DNA from: Auanema rhodensis
Lineage: Eukaryota; Animalia; Nematoda
Direction of reading: 5' to 3'
Assembly (NCBI GenBank): GCA_964057225.1
Contig: OZ059897.1
Span: 6,324,001-6,388,000, forward strand
DNA length: 64,000 nucleotides
Numbering within the stretch: the first letter of the stretch is position 1; each line of letters begins with the position of its first letter. Positions 1-14,361 of the stretch are shown here, piece after piece. The notes beneath the pieces are model-generated. The model ran no database searches, was not told the DNA's origin, and worked only from the letters and a program-made list of their open reading frames with translations. Made by a program: the position numbers and the translations under genes.

Positions 1-305
1 GAAAAACATGCAACAAGCCATCCATATTTCAAGTAAAAATTCTGAATAATGAATAACACATATCGAAGTTATATTGTTTCAGATGCAAAAATTGTGGTTT
101 TCTAACTAATAATGAGCAAGATCAAGTAACTCATCAGCTTAAAAACCATAACTTCAATGAGGGACTTCAAGTCGAAAGTGAATACACTCGTTGCACAACT
201 TCTGATGTTATGACAAAAGTTCTTCGCAAATGCTTTTATAAAGCATTTCAAGAAATTGAAAAAACTCATCCAGCTCTTTCATATTCTGCTCTATCTACTT
301 GTTAA
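1..305 (+). CDS. C2H2 zinc-finger protein, 3' end (partial; begins upstream of window)
   Basis: Splicing out the 50-nt intron 33-82 (GTAAAA...TTTCAG) gives EKHATSHPYFKCKNCGFLTNNEQDQVTHQLKNH...SYSALSTC*, with a CxxC-x12-H-x4-H finger; TAA at 303-305. Confidence 0.75.
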
Positions 306-915
306 GTGTGAGCAGTAACTCAAATTTCAATTGAAAGCTAAAATGAATATATGTACATACCTTATATGTATCTACTATATATACAATGCTGTATCAGGGC
401 TTTCAACATTTTTTCTTAATTTTTAAAAAATTCTTTCCTTCTTGCTAGTAAACTTAAATGGTCTCATCTGTTTTTCAAATTATTATTATATAATATAAGT
501 TAATTTTTATTATAAATATTTCAATCTTTTGTTTGTTTTTAACACAAAAAGAAGCATCATGATATGAAATCTACTTTTTTTTCAACTTTTAGAATCTTTT
601 TAATCCTTTTTCTGTTTTCGAATTTATTTTTTCCTTCCTCTACATTACCTGCCTTTTCATTTTATTTTTTCAAATTACATTGCTGCTTTAAAACATCTTT
701 TTTCTATTTTTTTGTTGTTCAAACTGACTTCAGCTAGAATCTCGTTAACTTGTGTCGTTCAAAAACTTTTTTGTTGGCGGCTAATACTTTGTACAGTATG
801 CCATTATCACAAGATCTTCTTGCAATAGCTGTTCAATCTCGTTCTCTTTCTGATTTTCTTTTTATATTCATAACTATGCCAATACTTGATTTAATAAATT
901 TGTTTTTAATGTTTT

Positions 916-3900
916 TTATGGAGAACTGACCTCTAAACCCTCTGTACTCGGCAGTTGTCGTCCAGTACCACGTGGCACATCACAAGAAGCACGTCGTAAC
1001 TGAATTTTTTAATTTTCAAAAAAATTTAATTTTTAATTCAAATTAATAGCATTAAATAATGTATGTTATTTGTTTAATTAAACGGAATTGATGTTTAGCT
1101 ATTTGCTTGATGATAGCTACTTTGAATAAAATATATAATTAGCATAGTTCACGCAAATATGCATGCAATGCGTGAAATATTCATTTCTGTTTTAGCTCAT
1201 ACGTAAACCGGTTGAATACACTTCCAGAATATAAATCCCAAAGCACTTTTCTGTTTTTATTAATTTTGTATTGTAAAAGAATAATATTATAGATTATATT
1301 ATATATGGAAGAATTTGAGTAGTTACCTCTTGTCCATCATTAACAGATAATAACTCAGCTGAATGAGCTCTTAATGGTAATTCGCCTACAGTTAAAAATG
1401 ATGAAGCTGAAATTTATTATTTTTTATTTCATTTAAACTATATGTAATAGCAGTACCTCTACTTTGAATATTTGCTTGAAAGTTATTGTGTTGAGGCAAA
1501 TCTTGATGACTTTGAACAAGGCTTCTTTGCACATATGGAGTTTCTTTTGGCATTAATGGAAACACCTGAGCTATTTTGGTTGGAGAACCGAAACATCCAG
1601 ATTCTCGATCTATTACTGTATCTATGCTGAAATTCAGTTAACTTAGTTTCTTATAATTTAAAAATATTTTACGTTTGTTCTTGAGAATGATCCTCTAAAA
1701 GAAGAGGGAGTGGTCGGCATTGGCTTGGCTGTTCACTTCGAATCTGTTCACGCTTCTGCTCCGGTTTGCATGTTCTGAAACTCAACAGGATTAAGATGAT
1801 CTGGTGATCTGATGACAGGCTTTCCAAGACAAAATAAAAATAGAGTCAAGTGTCTTGAAGAAAATTACATGTTCATGAATTATGAAACTCACGTTGTAAC
1901 CGGTGGTCGTTTTTTCAAACAGAAACGATACAGATAAACCGCAGTTATAACCACGGCCAGTCCGCCGACCACTCCTGATACGAGTACCGCGATAGTAAAC
2001 AACGGGCGTTGCTCGTCCTGTAGAAGAAATGAATTTAAAGTTGAGAAGTTTAGTTTTCAAAATAAATTGACACGGAAAACACAATGAGCATAGCATGAAC
2101 ATATTGCGCACAGTGCATTAGGCTTTCAGTGCATTATGGTTATGAGTAATGATGGTAACTAATGGTTATTAGATGACATAACTTTCTTCATAGTTATGAG
2201 ACAATGCTTCAGAGAAAATTCTCTTTTTCAAGGCTAATTGTGAACAAAAGTTGCGAAAATTGGGAATAATTAGCTTCAGCTTCTAAACATACAATGTGCA
2301 GTCAAATTTAATATTTATAGCAACAAAGGCTGTCTATACTAAAATCCATATGTATATTTTGAATATGAAAAGTAGAAATAGATTGTAGAGAAAGTTAAAA
2401 GGCTTGGTATTCAATTTCTCTCAAAAGTCATTTACAGAGAGGTTGTTTCTGATCCGTCTTGAGATGGAATATCAGATGACATTTCGGAAATTTATAGAAA
2501 ATGTGTGAAACAAACTCATATTGATGTCCTACAATTCGTTTAAAAACAACAGAAAGTATATCATCAGCTGATTAGTATAAGAGAGAAAAGAAGTTGCAAA
2601 GCAGGAAAGACATGGAGAAATGGAGAAGGAAGGTGGAGATAGAAGACAAATATGGAGCTAGTAGGAGGGAACAGGATTGAGGAACTCACCTGTGTCTTTA
2701 GTTTGAATCGACAATTGGTTAAGTCTTGCTCATTTAAAAATATTTTTTCTTAGTAAATGTTTGAAATCGAATATGCATAAGTCCAATAGTTAAACGAACA
2801 AAGCGATATTTTTCTGATTCTTCACCATATACGGCTATATTTCATTGAAAAAAAAGAAGAAATAGAGAGACAGCAACAAGAAAATTGAGCCTCGTAAGAA
2901 ACATGTTCTGATCTCTTGAGGTACTTCTTATGAAATAAATGAAAGCTTTTATTCATGCAAAAGCTCATAAAAATGTTCATATCAAACCAATTTTTTTTTA
3001 TTTTTGAGCTGAAGAAAAAGCGGAAAAAAGGCGAATTTTTGTTCCAAAAAATAATAGTAAAACAGTAATAACGAATATGAGAGGTTATTGTTGAAAAAGA
3101 GAAGAGTAAACAATAAAAGATGATGAAGTACTATGATATATTAGATAGATAATAGATATATTTGGCTAGTAGTTCATTCTTTGAGAGTCAATTTATGCAA
3201 TTTATTCCATGAAAAGTAGAAGAGAATACACGTTTTGAACCTACAAAATCATCAGTTTTCTGTTTAATTCTCCAATTGTCATGATGATGCTGATGATTTT
3301 TAAGAGAAGGGCGACGACGACGATGAGGAGGAGGAGGAGGAGGAGGAAAATATAATTCTCGTACTAGATATATACATAGGTGAAAATGAACTAGTTTTGA
3401 ATCATTACTAAGGTAAACGAGCACAGTTTTCTAAAATTATGAAAATTGTAGAAAATGCTTATTGGAGTTGCAAATCAAAAGGTTGCAATCAGTTGAGTGA
3501 TAGGAAGGAAGGAAAGAAGGAAGGAAGAGATCTTTCTTCTGTTCTTCCTAACCTATTTTGGAAGTATAATACTACAAATCATACTTTATAATGAATGAAA
3601 CAATTGATTAATGATATATGAACTACAAAGTGACTAAACGAGCTTAGAAATACTTTCTGAAAGCATGATGATGTATTGGTAAGAAACAGCTAATGTAGGC
3701 GTCAATTGTGGACAACGACTGACAACCAGAAATGAATGAGAGAAGCGAGTAGTGCAATATACAGAGTAACCAGGAATCAGATTCGAGCTTTTGTGTCTTT
3801 TTCTCCTTTTCTTTTGGATCAATTCAAAATTTAAAAAAGAATGATTCTTACATAGCCAAAAGAATATGAATTAAGAACGAGTACGAGCAGCACGATGTGA

Positions 3901-6900
3901 AGACATCATGATGCGACAGCAAATGCAAGATATGGATATTCGTTTGCTTTCAATGTCTAGCTAGCTAGACTGATACTACTAGGTAACTAGAATGTAAGAG
4001 GCTGAACCATTATCAAAATTCAAAAAAAAAAGAAATATTGATTGGGTTTTAACAAAGACTGGTTTAATAGACAATGTTTCTACTTCTTCTCTTCATTTCT
4101 CTTCCAATTTTCATAAGACAAACCGACGACGATAATAGAATAATTAATAAGAGTTGTGCCATCCAACCTACCAATCGTAAAAGAGAAGACTTTCGGATCT
4201 CACAATCGAAAGCATACAGGACAAGAGAGAAAGTAGTTTGTTCAACATATTCATTTCCAAAAAATTGCGAAATGATCTTACATGCAAAGAGCATTAGATT
4301 AAGAAAAAGTGGACAATGATGATGAAAACGTAATTTTTTTAATTTGAAACGAGAAACAGAAGAAATATGTAAAAGAAAAAGATCAAGAGAAATATGGTGA
4401 CAAAAGAAAAGTGGAGCATTAGGAGGACACAAAGTAAAAAAAAACAGAAACATGAAGAAAAAGAAGAAGAAGAAGTATAAGATAATTTCTTGTTCTTTAA
4501 TTACTACACTTTCATTTTTTTTTTTTGGAAAAAATGAATGTTAAAACCACATATGATATATAGAATAACAAGTATAATAAGTAAAGAGAAGATGTACGTA
4601 CGATCATTTACATGTTGTACTATAACTTTGCTTTTTTCAAACAAAAATAAAAAAAGATTTACTATATCCATATAGTATACAAGTAATATTTTGAATAATA
4701 CTTTGAGAATAACAGTAAAATAAATGAAAAATGAGTACAAACTTCGATTGAGCTTGTGCTTGTGTCTATGATGTTGAAGAAACGAGAATTTTTCAGCCAA
4801 AAAAGGTTCATTGTTTATAATATTTATATTTTACAATATATATATTTATTTATCTATTTATTTGTATACATATGTATGAATGTAAGTAAACAAAAGACTT
4901 TTTTTTATAGATAGGACTAAGCTGAGCTTAGTTCTATATGCAGAGAGAAAGAGGACGATTGCGTCGATCATCGGATGTTACATGCTACATGAAAAAAGCC
5001 TGTGAAATCTGAGTTTAATAAACTCTTACAAGCTTGTTGATAATGTGTCTTCTGAACTTCTTTTACTAAGAAAAAGACGTCAGCAAGAGAAAGAAAAATG
5101 AATTTATTAACTTGTACTGCACACAATCGACTACAAAATATTTTTTACTTTCTTTTTTTTTATTTAGAAAAGCAAATTTAGGAACAAGATTTGAGTTAAC
5201 TGAATATAATATAATCAAAATTTATATGTTGTATATATTATCAATAAATTATTTAAAAAATTTTTAAATGATCGAAAATAAGAGTTTAATCATTTGTTCT
5301 TGATTAGAAGTTTTTACTTCAATTACCCAATTTGGCATATAAATGAGATACTCAAAAACACATAAACGAACAAACTTAATATTGATAATGACCAGAAGAA
5401 AGAAATGAAATACAGAACTCATGTTCTGTTTGTCAGCTTCCTTCCACTCTCTTCTCGTCTACTTCTGTCTATCCCTCGATAATAGTCTTTCTCTCTATCT
5501 CTCTCTCTCTTTCTCTCTGTCCCTTTGCTTCACTGTTTCCTTCTTTCTCTTTCTCTCTGTCTCTTTCTCTTTTTCTCTTCTCTTCGTCATAACTTTGAGA
5601 TTTTTTATTTTCGGGTCTTAGCCCTCATTAGTGTAGTAGTAAAAGTGAAATAAACTATAAAGTATGACATCATTACATTTTCATTTTGTATATAGGATTC
5701 GTGAAATTTTGAATGTTTAAGTATTCTTAAAAGCTAATAGACAATGACTTTTTGTGTCTTCAATGTTGTTGTGGTTCTCTTGTTCTTGTTCTTCATCTTC
5801 TTTCTCCTGCTTCTTCATACGATTGTACCAAAAAGAGGAAAGTGACACATTACACACAATAAGCAACAAAATGCCCAATACTAACAGATAAACGAACCGA
5901 CTCAATATTGACGATGACCGGAAGAAAGAAAATGAATACTGTAGCCAGGAGAAGTAAGCTGACGAGTGCATGTTCACATAGATCAAACAACCAGTAATAG
6001 ACTTTATAGAAAGAATTTGTTAGTAAAATTAATGCCACGCACATTGTCGTCAGTCCATACTTGGATAGAAAGTGTGGACGAACTAGATGGAATCAAAAGT
6101 TGAAGTAAACTTTTCGTTTACCAGCTCGAGTAGCCGCAGCCGAATCGGCTGTCAACGAGCCTGAACTATGTCGAAGCGCTGGTATTAATGATGATGATGA
6201 TGATGATGATGATGAAATGGAGGAGGAGGAGGAGGAGAAGAATGAAGGAGTTGAAGAAGGAGAGAATGAGGAATATGGATATAAGAAGTAATTATAACTT
6301 CAAAGCTATAAATGAATATTCAAGTCAGAATAATCAGCTGTTATAGATATTTGAAGATATTAAAATAAGTTGAATACCTTTTTTGATTCGAATAGAGCAT
6401 GACGGCGATTATAAGCTCCAAAAATAAGATATTCTATAGATGTATAGAAAGAATATATGAAATAAATCTATCTCTATATATAGTTTGAGCTGGAACAGAT
6501 TAGTAACTAAGGGACGTTGAAGATATTATGTAGATATTGGAAATGCTCTTGGAATGTCTGATGTAAATTATATTGGCCTGTGCCTCAGCTTAGTTCGTAA
6601 GATTTCAGCTGAAAATTAGGTTGTGATATCGCTATGAAAGGACAAAAACTGGAAGTGAGTATGATTGGCAAAATCTGAAAATCTGCGAAATATTCAAGAT
6701 AGATGTATACACATATGTATGTCTATGTATATAGATACATACATATCTATCTATATACATATGTATGTCAGACAAATCTACGAAAAGCTTTAAACTTCCG
6801 AAAATGTTGATATGCTATAAGCTAATATGCTCCAAAAGTTTGTTGGAATTTGACAATGCCGTCGTGAAGAACAAGGAGGTTGTTGACAGAAAAAAGGACA

Positions 6901-8174
6901 TTTGATCAAATTCTGAGGTCAATACCTATTCTATTAGTCGTTTTTATTAGAAATAAGTCATTTGAGCATGAGGTTTTAATTGCATATGTATGAATAAGTT
7001 GAAGTTTAGTGTATAAAATGACGAAAAATCTGCTTTAGATTCAATATTGAATGGATCGTCTCCATCTGAATTATTGAGTCGTTCTTGAAATCAAATATAT
7101 AAAAACCACGAAATAACACAATAAGCTGAGAATAAAATGAGATATAAGCCATATAGAGAAAATAAAAAACATAAAATTTGCAGACTGATTGATGAAAACC
7201 GAACAGCTGTTATATAATATGCTTGTGATGCATGTGCTCGGAGCATATTCGTTGAACGGGGAAGTACCTGAGCAAGTGAATCAGGTCACATATCAACTAA
7301 AACCAAAAACTAATTTAGTGCAGAATGTCAAAGGAATAATTAAGAAAAAAAGAATTAACTAGGATCTTGTCTACGGCGGTATGTGTACAACCGCACTGTG
7401 TGAATGTTGCAAACAAAATAAAAATTTTATTCCTGGTTATAAGACAATAACTAATCCGGAACACGATCTTTACGAATAGAAGTAACAAAGTATGTTGTTT
7501 TACAAGAACAGAAAGGTCGTATTCAACTTCTAGTCAGATCTGTCAAACTCAATTAGAAGGTGAAAGCGTTAATTGAAAGAGCAGATGACTCCAGAAGACT
7601 AAACGAACTACATGTTAATGTACAAAACAAAAAGAATCCAGTAAACATGTGTAAAATATTGCAAAATAAATAATATAAACTAAACAAACAAATAAGAAAT
7701 CACATGAAATACTAAAAAGGTAATTTTTTTAACTTTTTTTTTCTCTAGCACATGTCGTTGTTACGTTTTCTACAAAAAACTTTTGCTCCAGGCGAGTATC
7801 ATGTCAGTTACAGGGTTGGGGCAGAGAGAAAAGAAAGAGACAGAGAAAAAGAGATAGAGAGAGCGAGAGAGCAAAAGAGAGAGAGAATTGACAATTTCAT
7901 GAACGAGAATAAAGGATGATGTTAAAGAATACTATGAAACATGGAAATTCACAGTAATAGGAATAGTATGAAGTTCTTCAGAATATTAACAATGATTATG
8001 TCTATTTAAAATTTTTTAAAATTTCAACATCAAGCGATCATATCTCATAATTTATAAATTGTAAAATAGTGTTAGAAAGATATAGTAAAGAGAATAAATA
8101 GAAAGGAGAGATTATTTGAAAAAGAAAAAGTTTGTTCGAATGAACTTACCTTTTCTGTGATGGCTACAAGCCAT
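916..8174 (-). CDS. Small single-pass membrane protein of unknown function, long-intron gene
   Basis: Phase-compatible exons near 8150-8174, 2690-2748, 1892-2017, 1673-1774, 1458-1627, 1327-1407, 1203-1250 and 916-999 join to MACSHHRKEKIFLNEQDLTNCRFKLKTQDEQRP-LFTIAVLVSGVVGGLAVVITAVYLY-RFCLKKRP...LRRASCDVPRGTGRQLPSTEGLEVSSP*. The two 5'-most exons are less certain. Confidence 0.6.
5487..5583. repeat. Imperfect (CT)n microsatellite
   Basis: Polypyrimidine run of ctctct units; produces a spurious SL-repeat ORF. Confidence 0.8.
6188..6237. repeat. (GAT)n followed by (GGA)n microsatellite
   Basis: atgatgatgatg... then ggaggaggagg, read directly. Confidence 0.85.
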
Positions 8175-11100
8175 ATGGCGAACCTCTTCAACAACGACGT
8201 TTTGTATCTTAAATTAAAAACTTTGGAAGAACTGATTGATCTCTATTGACCAACATATAGTTTAAAAAAAATAAAGTTCATAAGAATAATTAAGCAAAAA
8301 CTTGACAAACAAGAAATCAATATGTTGAAATATAAGGGCTAGTGGTAGATATACTAACACAAATGAATAATTTAAGTCTAATGTCCGACACATCATCATC
8401 ATAACGTCGTCGTCGCCGTCGTCGTCGTCGATTGTCATCGTTGTCGTTCTCATCATCACAACTTTCAAATAAAACTGAGATATAAATTTGGAAGGTCCAT
8501 GGGTATTTATAGGTCAAAACTTCAGAGCAATAAGCTCGTTTCCGTCTTTCTAACTACCAGCAAAAGCTCTTACACCCTCACAATAGTAATGCTAATGTCT
8601 TCAGCTTATTTTGGAAACAACATCATCTATTGGTCTGGATCTAGACTTGTTCTTATAGAATAATGTGGTTTTATGCCAAGCTATTAACAATTTTTCTCAA
8701 CATATAAATGATTATGAAAGATTTTCTAAAGAAAAAAAAAAAGGAAAAATTTTTTTTTAAATTTTAAAGTAAAATATAAGGAAAAAGGAACAAAATATTA
8801 AAAATATTACATGAAACTTTTAAAATTAACATAATATTTGTGTTCTTTTTTCATTAATGAAAGTACATGAAGAACTAGAGTTGGTGCAAATGATTTTTGT
8901 TATAATTTAAAAGAATAATAACGGTTGAATTAACTATTTTTTCTGGTCTAAAAAACAATATTAACTTAAATAAAAATAATAAAAGATATAATTATAAACG
9001 AATTCAACTTGAATGAAGTTATATATACTAGTTATACAAAGAAATGAGAAGTATTCCAATAAAAAAAATGAACTAAAGAAGAAGATATATAACATTTATA
9101 TGAGAAAATTACTTGTCCAGCTATATTTTATCTAATACAACACATTAAAATGGCAAAAAAATAGATTAAAACTCTCTATGATCATATTATACGCGCACTT
9201 TCGGATGACCTAACATTCTCTCTTGGTCTCTCTCTCTCTCTCTCACTTTTTATACTTTGCTCACATGAATCCACAGTGAAAAAGCCAACTTCTTCTGTAT
9301 CCTTACTTCTACAATAAATTGAAAAAATCAAAATAAAAACATTGTTAAGATCAGAATCATGTTTGCAAGAAAACTATTTGATAAAAAAGAACGAGCAATG
9401 ATCATACGCAACGTGTGCTGGAGCATTGTTACACTGTTGTTTCAAGTTTGATGCCTTTTAAGTTTTTGTTGTCTTCGTCTTGGAGGTTTTTGAGCTGTTG
9501 TTGTCTGGGCTCTCCTAGTCATGGTTCGATGCGGTGGACTTTGTGTCTTCGTTTAGCTATTCGTCGTTTTTCTTTCAGAAAAGTTGGTCTAAGTCATCCC
9601 CATGTCTTGAGCAGACATCGAGCTGATACATATCAGGTCAATGTCTACTCCAAATATATTTCAAGAATTGTACATTGATCGAGAACAAATCTAAAATTTG
9701 TTCTTGATGATCAATGGTATATCGTTTTCTTTGCTATAAGCAATATTTGTGATTAGTTTCTCTTCCAACGACATTGTTTGGGATTTTAAAAAGATTTTAC
9801 CGGAAGTAAGTTTGAGTAAAACTGAGTTTGCCAGTAATTCTTCCAAAAAGAATCATATTATCTTAAAGAAGTTGCAACATGTTTGCCGATTTTGCATATT
9901 GCTACGGAAGATCATTAGCCTGAGATTATGGTTAATCAGTTTACTTGTTAATGTAGCTGATATTAGTGTTTAGAAGCAAAGCTTTAGAAGTTGTTTCTCT
10001 GTCAGCTGCTCCTTCTTCTATTGTGTTTGGGGGTGCAAAGTAATAGACTTTCAGCAGCAGTACAGAAGGTATCAATTAGCTATATCAGTAGTTTCTTTGT
10101 TTGAAATATTATAAAAACGCTTACTAAACAGTTAAAAAGAAAGAATAACAAGATATGAGAAACAAGAAATGTTAGTTTAATGAAAATATAACTATACAGG
10201 AGGTTATCAGCGAAATGGCAAAAGCACTGGTTCTGTTTCTCTTTCTTTTTTTTCTCTTCCTCTCTCTCTATCTCTCTCTCTATAGTTTCAGTTTCTTTTT
10301 CAGCTTCTGCCTTTTCCGAACTTTGAACCTTGAGGATAAAACAAAGCAATGATGGTCAATATAATTATAGTTTTGTGAAAACAACAACTTGTGATAAATA
10401 ATTAAGAAATCAATATTCTATAATAATTCTAGATAAATAATGTGAAAGTTTAAATAAAATTTAAAAATAAATTAAAAGTTTGAGAGCAACATTTTGACTT
10501 TGGTAGTTCGATTAAAAATATTAAATACAATGAAATACAATGTGATCTACATTGAATTCTAAAGCTTTTGGGACAGGTGATTTCAAAACATAATTCTTGA
10601 GTTTTACGAAATGACTTTGAATGCATTGTTCAAACGAACAGAAGAGCATTTGATAAAATATTAACTATGTAGATTATGTGGTAATACGTAAGTGGCCGAA
10701 GCATGTCCAGATGACTTCTGTTTCTTGCCATTTTGGTCATACCGAAAGGGTTGAGGATTATCGAACTCTGACTAATTAGTTGACAACGCTTGAGCCCATT
10801 CGCCCTACACTTCTCATTCATTTTACTCTTTTTTTCGTTTCATTTCAAACTCTTTCCTAGAAGAAATTTAAAATTTAATAGCTTTTTTTTAAGATTTTTA
10901 TGAAAAAAAGTAACATCATTCATCTTGTTTTATATAAAATGATCTATTCATTAGTCTTTTTTGACTTATTTGGTTCCTCTTTTTTTCTTTTTTCTTCATT
11001 TCATTGTCATGTTTGGCCTAAAATCAAAAAGAGGTAATTTACTCTTACGAGACAATTTGAATCGTCTTCTTCAAAATGGCTCTTACTAGAAGGCTTAATC

Positions 11101-11496
11101 GGATGACTTAAAAGAAGCTCAGGTTTCGAATTGCTTATTTTGTGAAATAAAACGAATACAACTAGCTATTCAGTTGATTCTATTTATATAATTATTTAAA
11201 TATATATGTATATTCAAGCATCCATATACATACATTCATACAATTCAAAAAAAAACATTTGTTCAGAAATCTTTTACAACAATTGAAATTTGTGTTAGAT
11301 TCAGAAGATTTTATAAAATATTTATATTTTACATTAATAACATCAAACCAATCAGCATAAACGTAATGAAATGTTCATCTTTTGATGCCAATGGACTACT
11401 ACAGAGTATATTTGAATGAATTTACGTTTACATCTACTATATGCATACATACATCATGAAGTTTCTTTTACTGAAACTCTCTTTCTCGGTTTCTTT

Positions 11497-11510
11497 TCTC
11501 CCTCTCTCTC

Positions 11511-11541
<31 letters not shown>

Positions 11542-11542
11542 C
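11497..11542. repeat. (CT)n microsatellite
   Basis: Near-perfect ctctct run. Confidence 0.85.
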
Positions 11543-14361
11543 AATATGAGAGATATAAGAACACTTAGTTCTAAAAAGGAAACGTTTCCAACTAATAGTA
11601 ATAAAATTGTAAGTACTTATAATCACAAGCTACTTTATAATTTTAAAAATTCTAAATAATCAACCAAAATATATTGAGAATAGAAAATAATAATATAATA
11701 TTAGCTCTCAAAATCTTCTATGTGTTAAGTCTATTTGATTGTAAAGCTTTTTGTTTTCTTCACTTTGTTTTATTTTTTTTTCATAATTGTAACTTTATAG
11801 AAGAAAACGTAGCAACACATGTTGTGATGTTAACGATTCTGATGCCAAAAATTGGTTATGAAGATATACAAACATATCACACTATTCTCCATTAGAGATT
11901 ATATGATTTTTTATGAAAAAAGTATGTGTTCTGCCACAACTTGTTTTGAAAAAAACAATTATTTTTGTATAAAACAAAGATAATCGAAGGAAAATATAAT
12001 ATTTTGCACGCCCATAGCTACAAGAATATTATTAAAACGCTTGTAGTAGTTTGCTTAGATTTTTGAAAGAGAAACAACTATATGAATACAGTTGTTAGGA
12101 TATTATTATAATATCAATATCAAAAGAAAGCTAGCTCAAGCTAAAGCTAGCACACGCAAAAACAGTAAAAACAATATCAACAACAGTCATTATGTGTCGA
12201 TCAAGTTGTGAGTAAGTCCGATTATTCATTACAGCTAAAGTCAGCATCTATGTCCGAAGGACATTTCAAATCAAAGTACAAACTCAAAATACTTAACAAT
12301 TTATGTAAAATTGACGAAAAGTCGTCGTAAACATTATAAATAAACTTTGCTAAAGCATCTGAATATTCCCAGAACCTAGAGGAAATTATAAAAAAATAAA
12401 TTAAAAGTAATAAATTAATAATCTTAATAGCTTATTATTACACATTAGGAAAAGTTCCACCAAAGATGTATAACTATTGGTTGGTGGCTTGAAAAGCTCT
12501 CAGAAATATACACTATATATGCATAAAAAACTTGAAATTGAAAAGGAAAATGTCTAAACCTCAAACAGTTTAAGGAATATATATTTTCGTTTCAAAATAT
12601 TAAATGACACCCACGATAGCAATCACAGATCGCATACTAATATCAATAGCCTTCAATGGGTTAAAGTGAATGCATGAAGTTGAAACCACCAGTTTGGCAC
12701 TCTTAATACGGATATCCTATTCTTGACACAAATAAATAATAAATTATGATGATCATAAAATAGAACTTAAAAGCCATTTGGTTGATATCAATGGAGAATG
12801 GAAGAAGATACTGATGTTGGTACAGTGGAACAATCTATAAATAATGATTTTTGTGGATTTCTAAGTTGCCAAATGAAGAACTGCTGCAAACTGATTCTTA
12901 TCTCTCACACAAGCTCTTAGAGGATTTTGCTCATCATAAGCATCATGAAACCAAGTTGAAAAAGAATCATTTAAACCATATGATCTTAGATCAAATAGTT
13001 TACGATGAAACACACAACAACTGACGCTTCTTGCATTCCATTAAAAGGTTCATTTGAATTTACTGTCTGTGGAATGTGTTTAGGTTTTTCAATAAGATGC
13101 TCCTAATGGTTCATTCTTGGAGTTCATGCATTACTAAAAAGTCTACAACTACATCACAGTATCAAATGACGAGCACATGATTACCCAGTCAAAAGATAGT
13201 TTAGCAGCTCGTTACTTGCTCAAAGTGGAGGAAAAAAAGATATTAGAGCATATAAAAAAGAAAAAAGAAAATTCAGAAATATTAAATAAGAGTTCCAGCA
13301 TACAGCAGAACCAGAACTGGTAGGTCAAATATGAGCAAATCGTGTTCCTTAGATTTTTTTTTCTATTAAGAAAACAATAGTATTTAGACAATGAAAGGTT
13401 CTGAATTCCAAAATCTCCTATGTATATATAGTGGGAGATTTTATTTTGTAGGAGAACAATAGTGAAAGAGATTAAGAAATTAAGAAAAACCCAGAATTAG
13501 AAATAAAAAAAAAGAAATAAAGAGAAAATAAAAAGGGATCCTCATTGAATGAGAAAGTCGTAATCCTGCCAATTACCGAGCTGACCATCATGAGCTAGCA
13601 TTAGCAGTTGAATGAACTCTCAATTTCCATCAATTGCTCTCATTTATTTCTTTTTAAACTTATCTTTAGGACCCACTATAGAATATACATGAATTCAGTT
13701 ACAATGACTCATATAATAGGCAGATATAACTTCTAATTCGGCGTTGTCTTAATTGAATATAATGATTTGATTAAAGAATTAGAGTGACTTCAATCAATTG
13801 AAGATATCTTGATGTTCAGAAATGAAGACAAGTATTCGAATTTCAAAATTAATTTAATTCTACAACAATGGCAGCTATGGGAAAAAAGGTCAAATTTGAG
13901 CCCACCCGATAAATGAGTTGTTAAAAGCAATGAAGCTTCAACATCATTTTCTTGGGATAAACGAGTAAATATATCGATCATCACTAACGAAATGAAATAT
14001 GAAAAGCGAACAGTCAAAAAAAACAGGGATGTTAGTATTCGAGCTTCCAAAACTTTTCATATAGGTTTAAGTCTTGTGAAGCGGAAGTAGTGCAAGTACA
14101 AATTATGTGGAAAAAAGTAGATAGATGGAAGATCATTTCATGATAAATGGGAAACAAATGTCGTTAGAAAATAAACTGCAAATATTTGAATTCCTTCTCA
14201 TTAATGACAATAAGAAATTCGATCAATATTATAATAAATTAATAATAGATAAAACTTTCTCCTACATGAAGCTTAGCATATCCAAAGATGGTAGGAAAGT
14301 ACAAATATTAATTCTCTCTTTAACCTATCTCGCTATACAAATTTTTACAAGAAACTCACAG

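Noticed and set aside
3188-11895. Many 60-130 aa ORFs in the ORF track
   Set aside because: They arise from microsatellite or low-complexity DNA, often start at TTG/GTG, and show no splice-compatible context or homology.
12200-14300. Possible hidden gene downstream of efr-3
   Set aside because: No coherent exon chain found; more likely 3' UTR or intergenic DNA.
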